A DNA stretch of 41,566 bases from Guillardia theta CCMP2712 (Eukaryota > Protista > Cryptophyta): assembly GCF_000315625.1 (NCBI RefSeq), contig NW_005434410.1:1-41566 (forward strand), given 5' to 3'. The notes beneath the pieces were generated by a model. It searched no databases, was not told the origin of the DNA, and worked only from the letters and a program-made list of their open reading frames with translations. A program made the position numbers and the translations under genes. Positions 1 through 11,719 of the stretch are shown in pieces. Each line of letters starts with the position of its first letter. Positions within the stretch are counted from its first letter, which is position 1.

Positions 1-93
1 GGAGGAGGAGGAGGAGGAGGAGGAGGAGGAGGAGAGCATGGCGGTGGAGGAGGATAGTGAGAGCGACAGACACAAGAGAATGTCGCGAGATCA

Positions 94-325
94 AGGAGAT
101 GAAGGAGATGAAGGAGATGAAGGAGATGAAGGAGATGAAGGAGATGAAGGAGATGAAGGAGATGAAGGAGATGAAGGAGATGAAGGAGATGAAGGAGATG
201 AAGGAGATGAAGGAGATCAAGGGATTCATGATGAACCTCCACGGAAGAGAAAGATCCTGCGAACTTCCACCACTCGCATGCCCCGACCCTAATCATCATC
301 ATCATCATCATCATCGTCATCGTCG

Positions 326-360
<35 letters not shown>

Positions 361-373
361 GTCATCGTCATCG

Positions 374-410
<37 letters not shown>
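94..410. repeat. (GAAGGAGAT)n 9-mer (~94-216) and (CAT/CGT)n (~293-410) simple repeats
   Basis: Directly visible. Confidence 0.95.
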
Positions 411-1169
411 TTATCGCCGTCCCCGTCGTCCCCGTCAATCATTTTTACCGTCATCATGAACAAAGACAAAGCAAAAACATAAGAATATCTCAACACAAGC
501 TGACCTGATTGAAATGAATTTGCCGCTAGCACTGTTTGCAAAAATGTAAAATTTCAGCAATGCGCTTTAAAACTTGAGACGATCCGCAGACACAAAATAT
601 TGTAAAGGAGAAACAAAAATTGAAGAAAAGAATAGAGGAAAGAATTGCTCTTGCATGTAAGACATCAAGAAATGAATTCAGGTTCAGAAATCAACACAAA
701 GATATCAGAAGTATTCACAAGATTGCATGTATCCTCCAAAGTTTCCTTACCGGCACGTTGCCGAGCCAATGTTTCCTCTTGTTTGTTCCGACACTCAAGA
801 AATTTCAACTGGGAGGGTTTCAGCTTGACAGAAATTTCTGCAATGATACAAGAACGTCTCACCTTGGCAAGTTTGTAGGTGTTGCAACGTTTCCGGAAAT
901 CAATCTTCATGAGATGATTCAGACGTGTTGATGTTGATGTTGATGTTGATGTTGATGTTGATGTTGATGTTGATGTTGATAATGGTGTTGGTGTTGATGT
1001 TGATGTCGATGTCGATGTTGGTGTTGATGTTGATGTTGATGTTGATGTTGATGTTGGTGTGTACAAGCTCACCTTGAGACAGGACGACAGAAACTCTCTA
1101 GCTTCTTCACTAATGTCTTTAGGAATTTCCGGGTCTTCTTCGATCTGTTTGGAAGCTTTAGACCTTGTT

Positions 1170-1246
<77 letters not shown>

Positions 1247-4200
1247 ACAGGCCATCAATTTCTCGAAAAGCACTTGATGCACGAATTGATTACAGAAACA
1301 CATAGAACGACAAAATAATTTGAGATCAACAAAACCAAATTGAGATATTACGTACGAACTTTGCAAATCACAACATAGAACACAACAAGTCAGAAAGATG
1401 AAATGATTATTCCAGAAGCAGATCATCAGAAGAAAACGACAGAAGACAAACAAGAAGAATCAAGAAGCAGACAACATGAATCAAGTCTACCTGTGAAAGC
1501 CGATACAACTTGTGGACTTTAAGCTGATCATCGCTGTTGTCATCGAACGGGAGCTCCAGGGTGAACATCTCATGTACAATACACCTTTTGATCGAAATTT
1601 TCAACCATTGCGCTCTCAAACATGTCAAACATCACCCGAGACCCCACACATCACTCTGACGGTGAAGCTCTTTTTCTCTCAGCAGCTGTCATGACATGTC
1701 ACGCCAACTCTTCTCGACATGTTCTTCACCTCCGGCGCGATGTACCCGGGAGTTCCTTGGAGGTCACCACGGTAGGTGTCTTTGATATTCAGCGACTGAA
1801 AAGCGCGTGAGATAAGATAGGTAGACAGGTATGAATGAGGGAGACGATGATTTTGTTGTTGATGATAATGGTGGTGGTGGTGGTGGTGGAGGAGGAGGAG
1901 GAGGAGGAGGAGATGATAATGATAATGATAATGATGATGATGGTGCGGATGATGATAGAGATGATGATGGAGATGATGGAGATGATGATGATGATGATGA
2001 TGATGACACTGATGATGATGATATGCATCAATTCAGAAGGACAGAAGGATGAAAATGGCAAAAGGGTGAACGGGTGGAGCAAGACGATTCACCGCTCCGA
2101 AGTCTGCCAATTTCATAATTCCTTCTCGTGATATTAGACAATTTCCACTCTTGACATCCCTACAGCACTGTGAGTCAAGAAGAATGATAGCAGAAGGAGG
2201 ACGAGAGGGAGTGGGAGGGAGGGAGGGAGCAGGTGAAGCAGGTGAAGCAGAGGAAGAGGAGGAGAAGGAGGAAGAGGAGGAAGAGGAGGAAGGCTAAGGA
2301 GCAAAGGGGTGTGGAGGGTTTGAGGGGAGTAAGGAGGAACTAGTACCGATGCATCATCCCATGTCTGTGGAGGTAGGATAATCCCTTTGAAAACGTTTCA
2401 GCAAAGAGGGAGAAAAGAGGGCAAGAGGAGACTACAAGAAACGGCGCAAGTAGGAGGAGGAGGAGGGGAGGAAGAGGAGGAGGAGAAAGAGGGGAGGGGA
2501 GTGAGGGCAAAGGGGAATATCAAGAAGGAGGGAGCAGTGGGTACAGGAGGCTTCGAGGAAGAAGATACCTCGGTGAGATCTCTTGTGAAGGCTCGGATCA
2601 CTTGCTCTTCCAGCTTGCCGGCGACGTCCAGGAGGGATGAGAGACTGTCGCTGAATGAGGGGAGGGAGGAAAGAAAAGACTACATGAAGGGGAAGACAAA
2701 GGAGCTGGAGAGAGAGCGAAAGTTGGGAAGGAGAGGAAAAAAGACAGGAGCAGGAGCAGGAGCAGGAGCAGAGGAAGGGGGAGAAGCTGAAGCAGAAGCA
2801 GAGGGAGGGGGAGAAGCAGTTGGTGGTTGTTGCCCTGGCACTAGAGGTGGGAGGCTTGAACCTTCCAGCTTGACAATATTCCATGACAATGTAGAGCTGA
2901 TCTTGTATGATGTTCGCTCCTTTGTACTTGACGATGTTGGGATGCGACAGGCGCTGAGATCTCCACCATGAGGAGACGAGACCTCCTCCTTCCTCTCCTC
3001 ACTCACCTGGAGAGTTTGTAGCTCGTGCTCGAGCTGAATCAGGTGACTGGATTTGGTCATTCCCTGCTTGCAGGTTGAGACGACAGCACGAGGCATGTGG
3101 AGGAGTTGCCTGAAGGTACGTTGTCTTGATCGCGAACTCTTCCTTGGTCTTCTTGTCGTAGCCCTGAGGATCACGGGGTGAGGTCTGAGAGACTCGAGGC
3201 GGCAGGAAGGAAGTTCGGCAGAAGTTTGAGAAGATCGAAAGAAGTTTGAGAAGTAGTGCAGAAGTTTGAGATGAAGGAAGAACAAAACGTGGATGGCCGT
3301 GAATACGGCAAGAACACGAGGAGCTGACCTTGTAGACGCAACCGTATGTTCCGCTCCCAATCTGCAACATCCAACGTCTCAACGACGGTAGCAGCCCCTC
3401 CCGTTCGATCTCACCATGACGTCCGATTTCCTCCAGGTCTTGATGTTTGATTTCTTGCCAGCGACTTCAAAGAAAATTAAACAATCTGAATACACGGAAG
3501 GAGGAGGAGCAGCAGCAGCAGCAGCAGCAAGGAGGAGGAGGGAAGAAGGAGGAGCCAACACAAGAAAGATGGGTTACACATCACTTTGACACAAGTGATA
3601 TGTAGACCCAAGAACAACATCGTGAATCACTAAAGCTACAACCGTACACTGGCATACAACAGCAACAAACATCCCACGACTTGCCTGTCAGCGAATAGAC
3701 ACTGTCGGAGCGTTTCACAGCCTGCTTCATCGTCTCCACTTCATCACCCACCTGCAAGGAGGAGAGGAAGGAACTTCAGCACGCACCCTGCTGGGCTGTC
3801 CAGGCACTCACGAGAAGCACGAGCGACTTGACTTCATCGTTGTCGAAGTATCCATCGTTCCCTCGGATGAGCTCCTCGCTCACAGTCGCAGAGACTGTTG
3901 GAATGATGCTCTCCTGATTCAGGTTGCTCTCCGGCCCCTTCACCCTCAGCAGCCAGTTCCTCCTTAACGTGGTATACACTCGCGGCAGCACGGCGATGGA
4001 GAACAGTGACAGCCCAGTCTTCCACACAACTCCAACCTGCCGAAGACTCAGAAGCTGCTGAAGTCATTGACCATCTCCTACGTTCTCCTCCATCAGATTG
4101 ATGGTCTTCAGGAAAGTTGCTGCTGTAAAGTCAGAGATCGCTGCCGGAAGCTGCGATTTACAAACCCGAATCCATGTGAAAGACGTGCAGAGTCTGCGAC

Positions 4201-5152
4201 GCAAAAGACGTCAGAGATCCTGCGAGGTGCAAGGGACGGGGGAGGGAGGGTACTTACCATGTAGACATTCCGGAGGTAGTTGATGAGTTTTCCCCAGATC
4301 AGGAGGAGAATCCAGGTTTCATGCTCCCAGAACTCTCGGAAGACAACATGTCCGAACAAGATCTGATCAAAGCCCATCATTGTGTTCGTCAACAACGGTC
4401 AAGTGATACAAGACCTGCAGGAGAACATAGATCTGCAGGTACTTCTCATGACTCGATCCGACCCTGTGAGAGTTCTGTAGAAGGAATCGTCAATCCTACG
4501 GAAATCCTCGGTAAGAGGAGTTCTACCTCTGCAAAGATTGTCCAGATAGCAAACAAGGTATTCTTGCACCTCAACAGCCACCTGATGCCATGAAATCTCG
4601 TCGATGTCTACATCACAACCATGAGGACGTGGTCAAAGTGCATTCAAGGCTCTGCCAGCATACTTGGATGTTGGTGAGACCGAGGAGGAGGATGCAACAC
4701 ATCGACAAGATCGTGTTCGAGGCTGGCAAGAAGAACTGCAGGAGGAGAGCTTATCATCAGAGCACCGAACGGAGAACAACTCAGACGGATAGCAGCCGTG
4801 CTCACCTCTTGGTTCCACAGATGTTTTGTTTGAATTGGTTGATTCGCACTGCTCAGCTTCGCATCATACTCGACTATCAGATGGATGATGTAGGCCTTGA
4901 CGATGATGTCGCAGATTGAGACAACTATTCCCCACAGACAGAGGTGTTCTTCCATGCGCATGTCAGTCTTGGCCCGTGAACGAGTAGACTCTTCTCACCT
5001 TCAAGCCAGGTGTTGCTATCCAGATCATCTCTGAAAGCTGCTTCCATCTTCTCATCCAGGAATTTCGCGAACGTGAAGCTTCGGCTCAGTTTTTTTCTCT
5101 CTTTCTGCGAGAACTCTTGCGCGGTTCGCGCTTGCTCCGCGTCACTTGTCAT
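234..5152 (-). CDS. Multi-exon Ser/Thr protein kinase (STE/MAP3K-like) with N-terminal multi-pass membrane region; 3' end uncertain, may run off the window
   Basis: Manual splicing gives all kinase motifs in order: TWRKSDVM|IGSGTYGCVYK (~3440-3330), EEFAIK (~3130), RLSHPNIVKYKG..LYIVMEYC (~2955-2870), GLSYLHRHGMMHR|DVKSGNCLISREGIMKLADFGA (~2390-2095), LQGTPGYIAPE (~1760-1730), CIVHEMFTLELPF (~1585-1545), PEIPKDISEEAREFLSSCLK (~1130-1075). ATG at 5152; hydrophobic exons at 3900-4960. Confidence 0.88.
926..1246. repeat. Intronic (GTTGAT)n (~926-1058) and (ATG)n (~1170-1246) microsatellites
   Basis: Directly visible; they lie between kinase exons. Confidence 0.95.
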
Positions 5153-6569
5153 CTTCGGCCTGCTGGGAAGGAAGCTGGGAAGGAGGGGGTTGCAAACAAC
5201 GAGTGGAGCTCAATGGAATTTCAGAGCAGCGGCCAGCATATCTGCCTTGCGAGCAGAGAGCGGGTTGTTCACATTAAACGGTTCACTGCACAAGTTGAGG
5301 TGTCCTGACAGGCAGCCCTCTGCACAAGAAACACGAATCATGCGTGACCGTGATTTCCAACACACACGGAATTGAAAATCTCCTCCCCTCTCCTATCCAA
5401 CCGATTTCGCCACCACCCACACACCCTGGCCTCTTCTCCCTCTCACCCATCATCTTGGTACAATTCAGCCCCACATGGATCGAGCATCACCCACGCGCTG
5501 TCTCTATCTCTACATTACTCATCGTCTCACTACCCTCAGTGTTCTTTGGATCAGACCGCAAACGCAAGCAAGCACGGACATAAGGGATCAACAAAGATTC
5601 CTTGCATTGCTCACAGATTTCTTCATCCTATTCACTTTCTTCTACCCTGTCCCATGCTCTTGCACAACTTATTCCTTCTTGTGCACTCATTGGATTTCGT
5701 TGCACCCTCTCCTCCCTTTCCTTGCATCAAATACCCCATCCCTCCTTCTCTCCCTCTCTCCGCTCTCCCTTGCGCTAATCTCTCTGATCTTCTCTTACTC
5801 TCCCTCCTGTTCGACTCCTTTCTCTCCCTCCTCCTCCTCCTCTCCCTCGCTTCCCTCGCTCACAACTCTTCCTGCATGGCTGGCCCGCCATTTCTTGTTT
5901 TAAACATATGTTCCTTTGGTCTACCCCCACCCCTACATTTCCAGAAAACTCACTACACCCCTACAGGGATTGAACCGCTCTGGCCGCCAACATTCACTGG
6001 AATGACAAGAACATTTTAAACTGGGGGTACTAATTTTAAAAAAATGTACTGCGGGATGAGCGAAGGGTGTTTTGGCGGTGGGGAACAGGGGGGTGGGGGT
6101 AGTACAAGACCACGTATCTCCGATGCGGAGGATACCAAACGATGTCTTTCCTGCATTGACAGGCGGGAAGTCGAGGAGGCGGGGGTTTTAACAGAGCACG
6201 AGGGCGGGCGGGTGATGGAGGAGTGAAGAGTCCAGAGCGTCAACCAGGCAGGAAAGTGACGGGGAGGGAGGGAAGGGAGGAGAATCTCCTGATGGGAGAG
6301 CGAGGGAGGAGGAGGCGAGGAGGAGGAAGAGTCCAGAGCGCCAATTAGGCACGAAAGTGCTCCCAGACAAGTTGTGTCTACGAGGGTAGACAAGTTCTCC
6401 TTTTTTAATTTTTAAGCCAAGTGACTTCCCACGTCTGTGTTCAAGATGGTGCGAGTGAGGAAGAAACTTGTGCACGGGAGAAGCCCTGGAGCAAGGAGGA
6501 CAAGATGGAAAACAGGGATGGAGGCAGCCGGGCATTAATGCGCTGGTGAAACATGAAACTATACGAACT

Positions 6570-7331
6570 GCCAATCGATGAATCGTGTATGTCATGAAGG
6601 CATTGACAAGTTGTCGAGATGTCAAGAGAATTTTGAAGCGGGAAAGGACCTGAAATCAAAGAATGATCATTGTACAGAATGCAACTCCCATGTTTCAAGA
6701 AATCTTTGACCTCGAGTTCTCGGCAGGTCATGAAAGTGAACTTGAGGAGTTGCAGAAACATGTCAAAATTGTCTGCAAAATCAACAAGTCTCATTCGTTT
6801 CTCTTAGGTAACGCAATGCATCAAAATGCTGTTCAAGGCTGGTGAAGTGTGATACTTGCTTCCAACAGCCTTTGGCCTCTGTGCCTCTCAGTGGTTCTGT
6901 ATGATTTCAGTCGCACAATGTCACATGTAAGCTCGACTGTGATGTTGGGCATGCGCGCGACGACTTGGGAACATGTGAAAGGGAAACAGACATGACAGGA
7001 GGAATTGTAGCCAAAATCTCGATCCTCGCCAGCTGCACAATAAAATCTACAACTTTCTCTTCCAGCAGGGGAGGGTGACAGGCACCACAGCATTGTTTCT
7101 TCAGATCCCATAGGTAGCTGAAATGAGCTCGGCCATCCATACGAAGGAATCTCACTGAGCGTGAGGAGACAGAAAAACAATTCACCACCCTTTTCAACGA
7201 TCACGGCAAAAATCGGGAGGCTACCACCTCCTACAACCAGTACAACAACAGCTCCAATATGGTTTTGATCGAATTTTGTGACTCACGGATTGTTCAGAGC
7301 CATCATTCTTCAAAAATTTGATAGAATCCAT
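6570..7331 (-). CDS. Putative multi-exon gene of unknown function
   Basis: Complex non-repetitive sequence with short GT..AG intron-like spacing and protein-like segments (GGSLPIFAVIVEKG|VRFLRMDGRAHFSYLWDLKKQCC; DNFDMFLQLLKFTFMTCRELE; VLSRFKILLTSRQLVNAFMTYTIHRLA). No domain recognised and no clean model assembled. Confidence 0.3.
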
Positions 7332-7584
7332 CGTAACGTGATATGCTTGTAAATCACACATATTATCATTGACATTATTCTCACTCCAGTTACACTCTAG
7401 CTCTCACCCTGCGCTCCTTAACTGACCTGCTTCTATCCCCCATCCTCCTCTCCCCCCCCTCTTCCTGACGGCAAAGTCATGCTCTTCCTTCTAGTCCCAT
7501 GGCGTGAGGAACACTGACGCCTCCCGGAAGATGCTTTCGGCTGTCCATGGAGAGTGGACCGGGAAAGGGCTGGGAGTCCTGGGC

Positions 7585-8577
7585 TCAAGACTCAGAGGAG
7601 CACCTGGCCCTCTTCGATCCGTCCCACCGGTCGAAGCTGCTGCTACGAGAGAGAGAGACAGGACGAGACTCCGGCAGCTCCTCCGACTCCTCCAGCTCCT
7701 CATACAGCTCAGGCGACGTGGCCAAGACCCTCGGCTGCTTTGGCACTTGAGGTAGCGGCATCAGCTTCTCCTCGGGCTCGGCCTCAAGGGAGGGCATGCG
7801 CCACGCCTCGTCCGTGTAGAGCTGCTGCATGTGCTTGTCGTCCTCCTCACACTTGCTCTCATTCCGCCCATCGCTGCGATCCACTAGCCCGTGAACTACA
7901 CGCGAGCTCCCCTCCATCTCATCCTCCATCTCCTGCTGCTGCCCCACCTCCTGCTCCTCTGCTGATGGCAAAGCACCATGCAAGACCGGCCCTGGCCCAT
8001 GCTCTGCCGCGCCCTGCCTGCCAACATCCGGCGTCGCGTTCTTGTACTCATCGAGCAGAGGCGAATCTTTGCTAGAGCGCTTCTTCTCCCAGCGCTCGGG
8101 GTCGAAGGCCCACTCCATGGACCACATGAAGTCTGCCTTCTGCTGCTGGTCGGCTGAGGCATAGCGAGTGTTGACCTTAGGGCGTATGCCGAGGATGTTG
8201 AGGAAGCGGTAGATGATCTGAGCGTGGTTGGTGTCCCCGCTGCTGCTCCGGTTGGCATCCTTCCAGAAATCATTGGTCTTGACCATGTCGATCATGGCGT
8301 CGTGGAAGTATGGCTGCGTCACTTGAATCTCGCTGAAGCCCAGCATGCAGTTATCATCTCTCCGTATCACAGTCACAAGGCCTGCGGATGCGAGGTTGCG
8401 CAGCAAAGCAGCGAGGGAGACCAAGCGCTGTCTTGGAGAGGGTCGGAGGTGGTGTAGGGGAGGAGCAGGAGGAGCAGGGAGGAAGGTAAGAGCAGAGGGA
8501 AGAGCAGGACTAGTGGGGGACTCGCTGGGAAGGGCGAGGTAGGCAGAACCGAAAGTTGCGGACGTCGGGGGAGGCAT
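7585..8577 (-). CDS. Unknown protein family, tandem copy 1 (C-terminus truncated by a 4-nt indel)
   Basis: Single-exon ORF (track 7585..8727). ATG at 8577 best matches the start of copy 2. Shares HLRxSPRxRLxS, NCMLGFSxI, DTNHAQIIYRFLNxLGIRP and FMWSMEWxFDPERW with 9736..10746. Confidence 0.7.
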   Translation of the reverse strand: MPPPTSATFGSAYLALPSESPTSPALPSALTFLPAPPAPPLHHLRPSPRQRLVSLAALLRNLASAGLVTVIRRDDNCMLGFSEIQVTQPYFHDAMIDMVKTNDFWKDANRSSSGDTNHAQIIYRFLNILGIRPKVNTRYASADQQQKADFMWSMEWAFDPERWEKKRSSKDSPLLDEYKNATPDVGRQGAAEHGPGPVLHGALPSAEEQEVGQQQEMEDEMEGSSRVVHGLVDRSDGRNESKCEEDDKHMQQLYTDEAWRMPSLEAEPEEKLMPLPQVPKQPRVLATSPELYEELEESEELPESRPVSLSRSSSFDRWDGSKRARCSSES

Positions 8578-9540
8578 GGGGTAGGAGCAGAGGAGGGTGG
8601 CTTGAGTTGGGTTGTACGAAATTGAGAACCTCGGGTGGGCACTCCACTTATGAAGTTCGTAGAATTGATAGGGGGTAGGGTAGAATTCGCATCCTCCAAG
8701 GGTGGGTGAGAGCATTTTTGCCTCCAACAGGGTAGGTAGTCTTCAGGTACCCCTAAGGACCAACAGGGGGTATACAATAATCTACGCACCGGTAGCAAAA
8801 AGCAGCGTTCTGATTACCCCCATGAGGGTGGTGGATGAGAGAAGGACGGTGGGGGTGTAGATCAAAGGTACGGTAGGGGTGGGGGAAGCGATGGGAGTAC
8901 AAGTGATGGGGCAGGGGTATACATGGGCAGGGTGCGTGAATCAATGGGGTAGACTGTCATATAGCCGAAGGGGTAGTGAAACATGGATTTATCACGGGTA
9001 CTAGCTAGGATGCATGGGTAGAGGGTAGTTAAGTAAAGGAAGCCAATCAGGGTGGGGTAGGGGAAGAATCAAACATATTTGTGGGAACAGAGGCGAATCT
9101 CGGAGGTAGGGTAGGGTGAGTACCCAATGGTATAGACAGAGGGGGTGATTGTAGTCATATGTACCGGTACCTCACAACCCTCCCTCAGTACCCCAGTAGA
9201 AACATGGAGAAGATTGCATGTGGGGCGGGAGGGAGAGGAGGAGGGAAGGATGGGAGGAGGCGGTTGCTGCATCTCTCAGGTCGTAGTCGTCGAGCATGCT
9301 CGCAGTCACGCTTCATCCGAGCATGATGGCGCTCATGGGGTAAGAAGGACTCGCAAGGATCACGCGCTCCGAGCCTGGTACGGTTAGCGATATCATATGC
9401 TTTATTTTAGGTCATTGTGTGTAATACAATTTCATCATTATAACTTCTTTCATACAATCTAACTCTGCGCTCCTTAACTGACCTGCTTCTATCCCCCATC
9501 CTCCTCCTCCCCGCCCCCCCCACCCCTCCTCTCGCGCGCG

Positions 9541-9710
9541 NNNNNNNNNNNNNNNNNNNNNNNNNNNNNNNNNNNNNNNNNNNNNNNNNNNNNNNNNNNN
9601 NNNNNNNNNNNNNNNNNNNNNNNNNNNNNNNNNNNNNNNNNNNNNNNNNNNNNNNNNNNNNNNNNNNNNNNNNNNNNNNNNNNNNNNNNNNNNNNNNNNN
9701 NNNNNNNNNN
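9541..9710. other. Assembly gap (others at 17461-17560, 31891-31990, 34194-34459)
   Basis: N runs. The two exactly 100-nt gaps are probably unsized placeholders. Confidence 0.99.
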
Positions 9711-9735
9711 NGACGGCGGAGTCATGCTCTTCCTT

Positions 9736-10746
9736 CTAGTCCCATGCCGTAGGGAACACAGACGCCTCCCGGAAGATGCTTTCGGCTGTCCATGGAGAGT
9801 GGACCGGGAGAGGGCTGGGAGTCCTGGGCTCAAGAGAGGAGCACCTGGCCCTCTTCGATCCGTCCCGCCGGTCGAAGCTGCTGCTACGAGAGAGCGAGAC
9901 AGGACGAGGCTCCTGGTAGCTGATCTCTCTGAAGATTTCGCAATCTCGAACTACATTGTCTATGCTTTCTTTCTTGCGCAGCTCGTCTGTCTGACACTTG
10001 GCATTCAACATGCTTTGGGCACCATCAACACCATTGTCAATGCAGCTAAAGGCGGCCTCCTGTTCCTTGGCGTTTTCATCCTTTGCTGCAGCCCCGTCCG
10101 CTGCCGGCTCTTCCTCTGCCGCGCCCTGCCCGCCATCGTCTGTCTGGATGCCCCTGTACTTCTTGTGTAGAGGCGAGTCGTTGCTAGAGCGTCTCTCCTT
10201 CCAGCGCTCGGGGTCGAAGACCCACTCCATGGACCACATGAAGTCGTCCGCCTTCTGCTCCTGGTCGGTCGAGACGTAGCGGGTGTTTAGCTCAGGGCGT
10301 ATGCCGAGGCTGTTCAGGAAGCGGTAGATGATCTGAGCGTGATTGGTGTCCTCTTTTTCGTTGCGCTCCGTTTCGCTCTTGACTTTGGTAGTCTCGCGGC
10401 GGGGTTTCTTGCTGATTCTTCCCTGGTTGTTCTTTGTCTCTGGTTGTTTTCTTTTCCTGTTGGCATCGAACCAGATTTCATCGGACTTGACCATGCGAAT
10501 CATGGCATGATGAAATGCGGGCTGCTTCACTCTGATCTTGCTGAAGCCGAGCATGCAATTCTTGTCTACGCTGATGTACGTGATGATCTTTTGGGAAAGA
10601 AGGCGCTGCATCACTGATGAGAAGGAGAGAAGGCGCTTCCGGGGGGAGTCGCGAAGATGGTGAATGGGAGGGGAGGGAGGGCTCGGCAGAAAGTCGGAGA
10701 CAGGCGGAGGTTGAGCGGAGACTTCAGCTGTCGGCGTGGGAAGCAT
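9736..10746 (-). CDS. Unknown protein family, tandem copy 2 (336 aa, intact)
   Basis: Uninterrupted ATG-to-stop ORF. Protein-level conservation with copy 1, with many codon third-position differences. Confidence 0.75.
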   Translation of the reverse strand: MLPTPTAEVSAQPPPVSDFLPSPPSPPIHHLRDSPRKRLLSFSSVMQRLLSQKIITYISVDKNCMLGFSKIRVKQPAFHHAMIRMVKSDEIWFDANRKRKQPETKNNQGRISKKPRRETTKVKSETERNEKEDTNHAQIIYRFLNSLGIRPELNTRYVSTDQEQKADDFMWSMEWVFDPERWKERRSSNDSPLHKKYRGIQTDDGGQGAAEEEPAADGAAAKDENAKEQEAAFSCIDNGVDGAQSMLNAKCQTDELRKKESIDNVVRDCEIFREISYQEPRPVSLSRSSSFDRRDGSKRARCSSLEPRTPSPLPVHSPWTAESIFREASVFPTAWD

Positions 10747-11719
10747 GGAAGAGTTAGCCTTGTTTCTCTGGATGTCCTCCCAAAAAAAAAAAATTAAAAA
10801 GGATATTATAAAAGGGTAGGGGTGAAAAAAAACAGGGGGAGGGGGAGGGGGGTGGATTCCTGATTCAAGATAGTCAAGTACCGGTAAAGGTCAACGTACA
10901 CCGGTGCTCGAAATTTAATGTGGGTGGGAGATGGGTAGGTACTCGCTCTATGGATGCAAATGCGTATATACCTAGTAGGTGGGGGTAGGTACTCTGGATG
11001 TCCTCCCAAAAAAAAAAACAATGCTGAAGTCAGGGGTAGGGGTAGACTAGGCACTCTCCTGTTTGGATGCCTGAAAATGGGGTGATCTGACAGTCAATCG
11101 TACCGGTACTTTGGTAGCCACCAACTTAGCGTAAAGAGTGCTGATTACAGGGGTGGGAGGAATTTCATTATCTGCAACGGGTAGGTACTCTTGTGATTTA
11201 ATTGATATAGGTGGGGTAGTGCAAATTGTGTGCATACACCCTTAATTTCATACCACATATGACCGGTCAGACAAAAATATGGAGTGCCAAGTTGCGGGGT
11301 AGCCCACTGTGGTGGAATAGGTGGGGGTACTTTACAACTCAAAGGCCTTTAGAGTGGGGTACTTGGACAGGTGGCGGGACATTGGAACGATATTGAACGA
11401 GGGGTGATCGAAGTAGAAGGGGTGCTATGTAGAATGCAATGAAATTGAAGACAAAAAGGTGGGTAATATCATGTAAAAAGGACGGGTTCTGCTCAACACG
11501 ATTGATCCGATCGAGTAGGTGGGGTCAGTAAGGATGAACCATCGAAGGGGTGGGGTACTGTGTCTCGATTCTGTAGTGGTGTATAGCGATTCACGAGGGA
11601 GACTAGCGGACGACGAGGACAACAAAGAGCAAGATCTGCGAAGTATCCTGTAACTATCACACATCATCGTATATCAAACAACAGAAGATCGAGAAGAGCT
11701 GTCTAGATCGACAGAGCAC

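Larger units (their letters stand above)
7407..10680. repeat. Tandem (direct) gene duplication: ~7407-8460 and ~9463-10680
   Basis: Near-identical 3' flanks (ctgcgctccttaactgacctgcttctatcccccatcctcctc at ~7409 and ~9464) and near-identical 3' coding ends (7475-7670 vs 9712-9910). Confidence 0.9.

Noticed and set aside
38-2131. Poly-amino-acid ORFs (poly-H, EMK, poly-I/M/S/G/D)
   Set aside because: Translations of intronic microsatellites; the real coding exons are the short kinase segments on the minus strand.
5372-6393. Long hydrophobic ORFs upstream of the kinase
   Set aside because: Low-complexity C/T- or G/A-rich intergenic DNA with no motif or exon structure.
10800-11580. Telomeric or interstitial telomere repeats
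   Set aside because: G-runs are not a tandem fixed unit such as TTAGGG or TTTAGGG.
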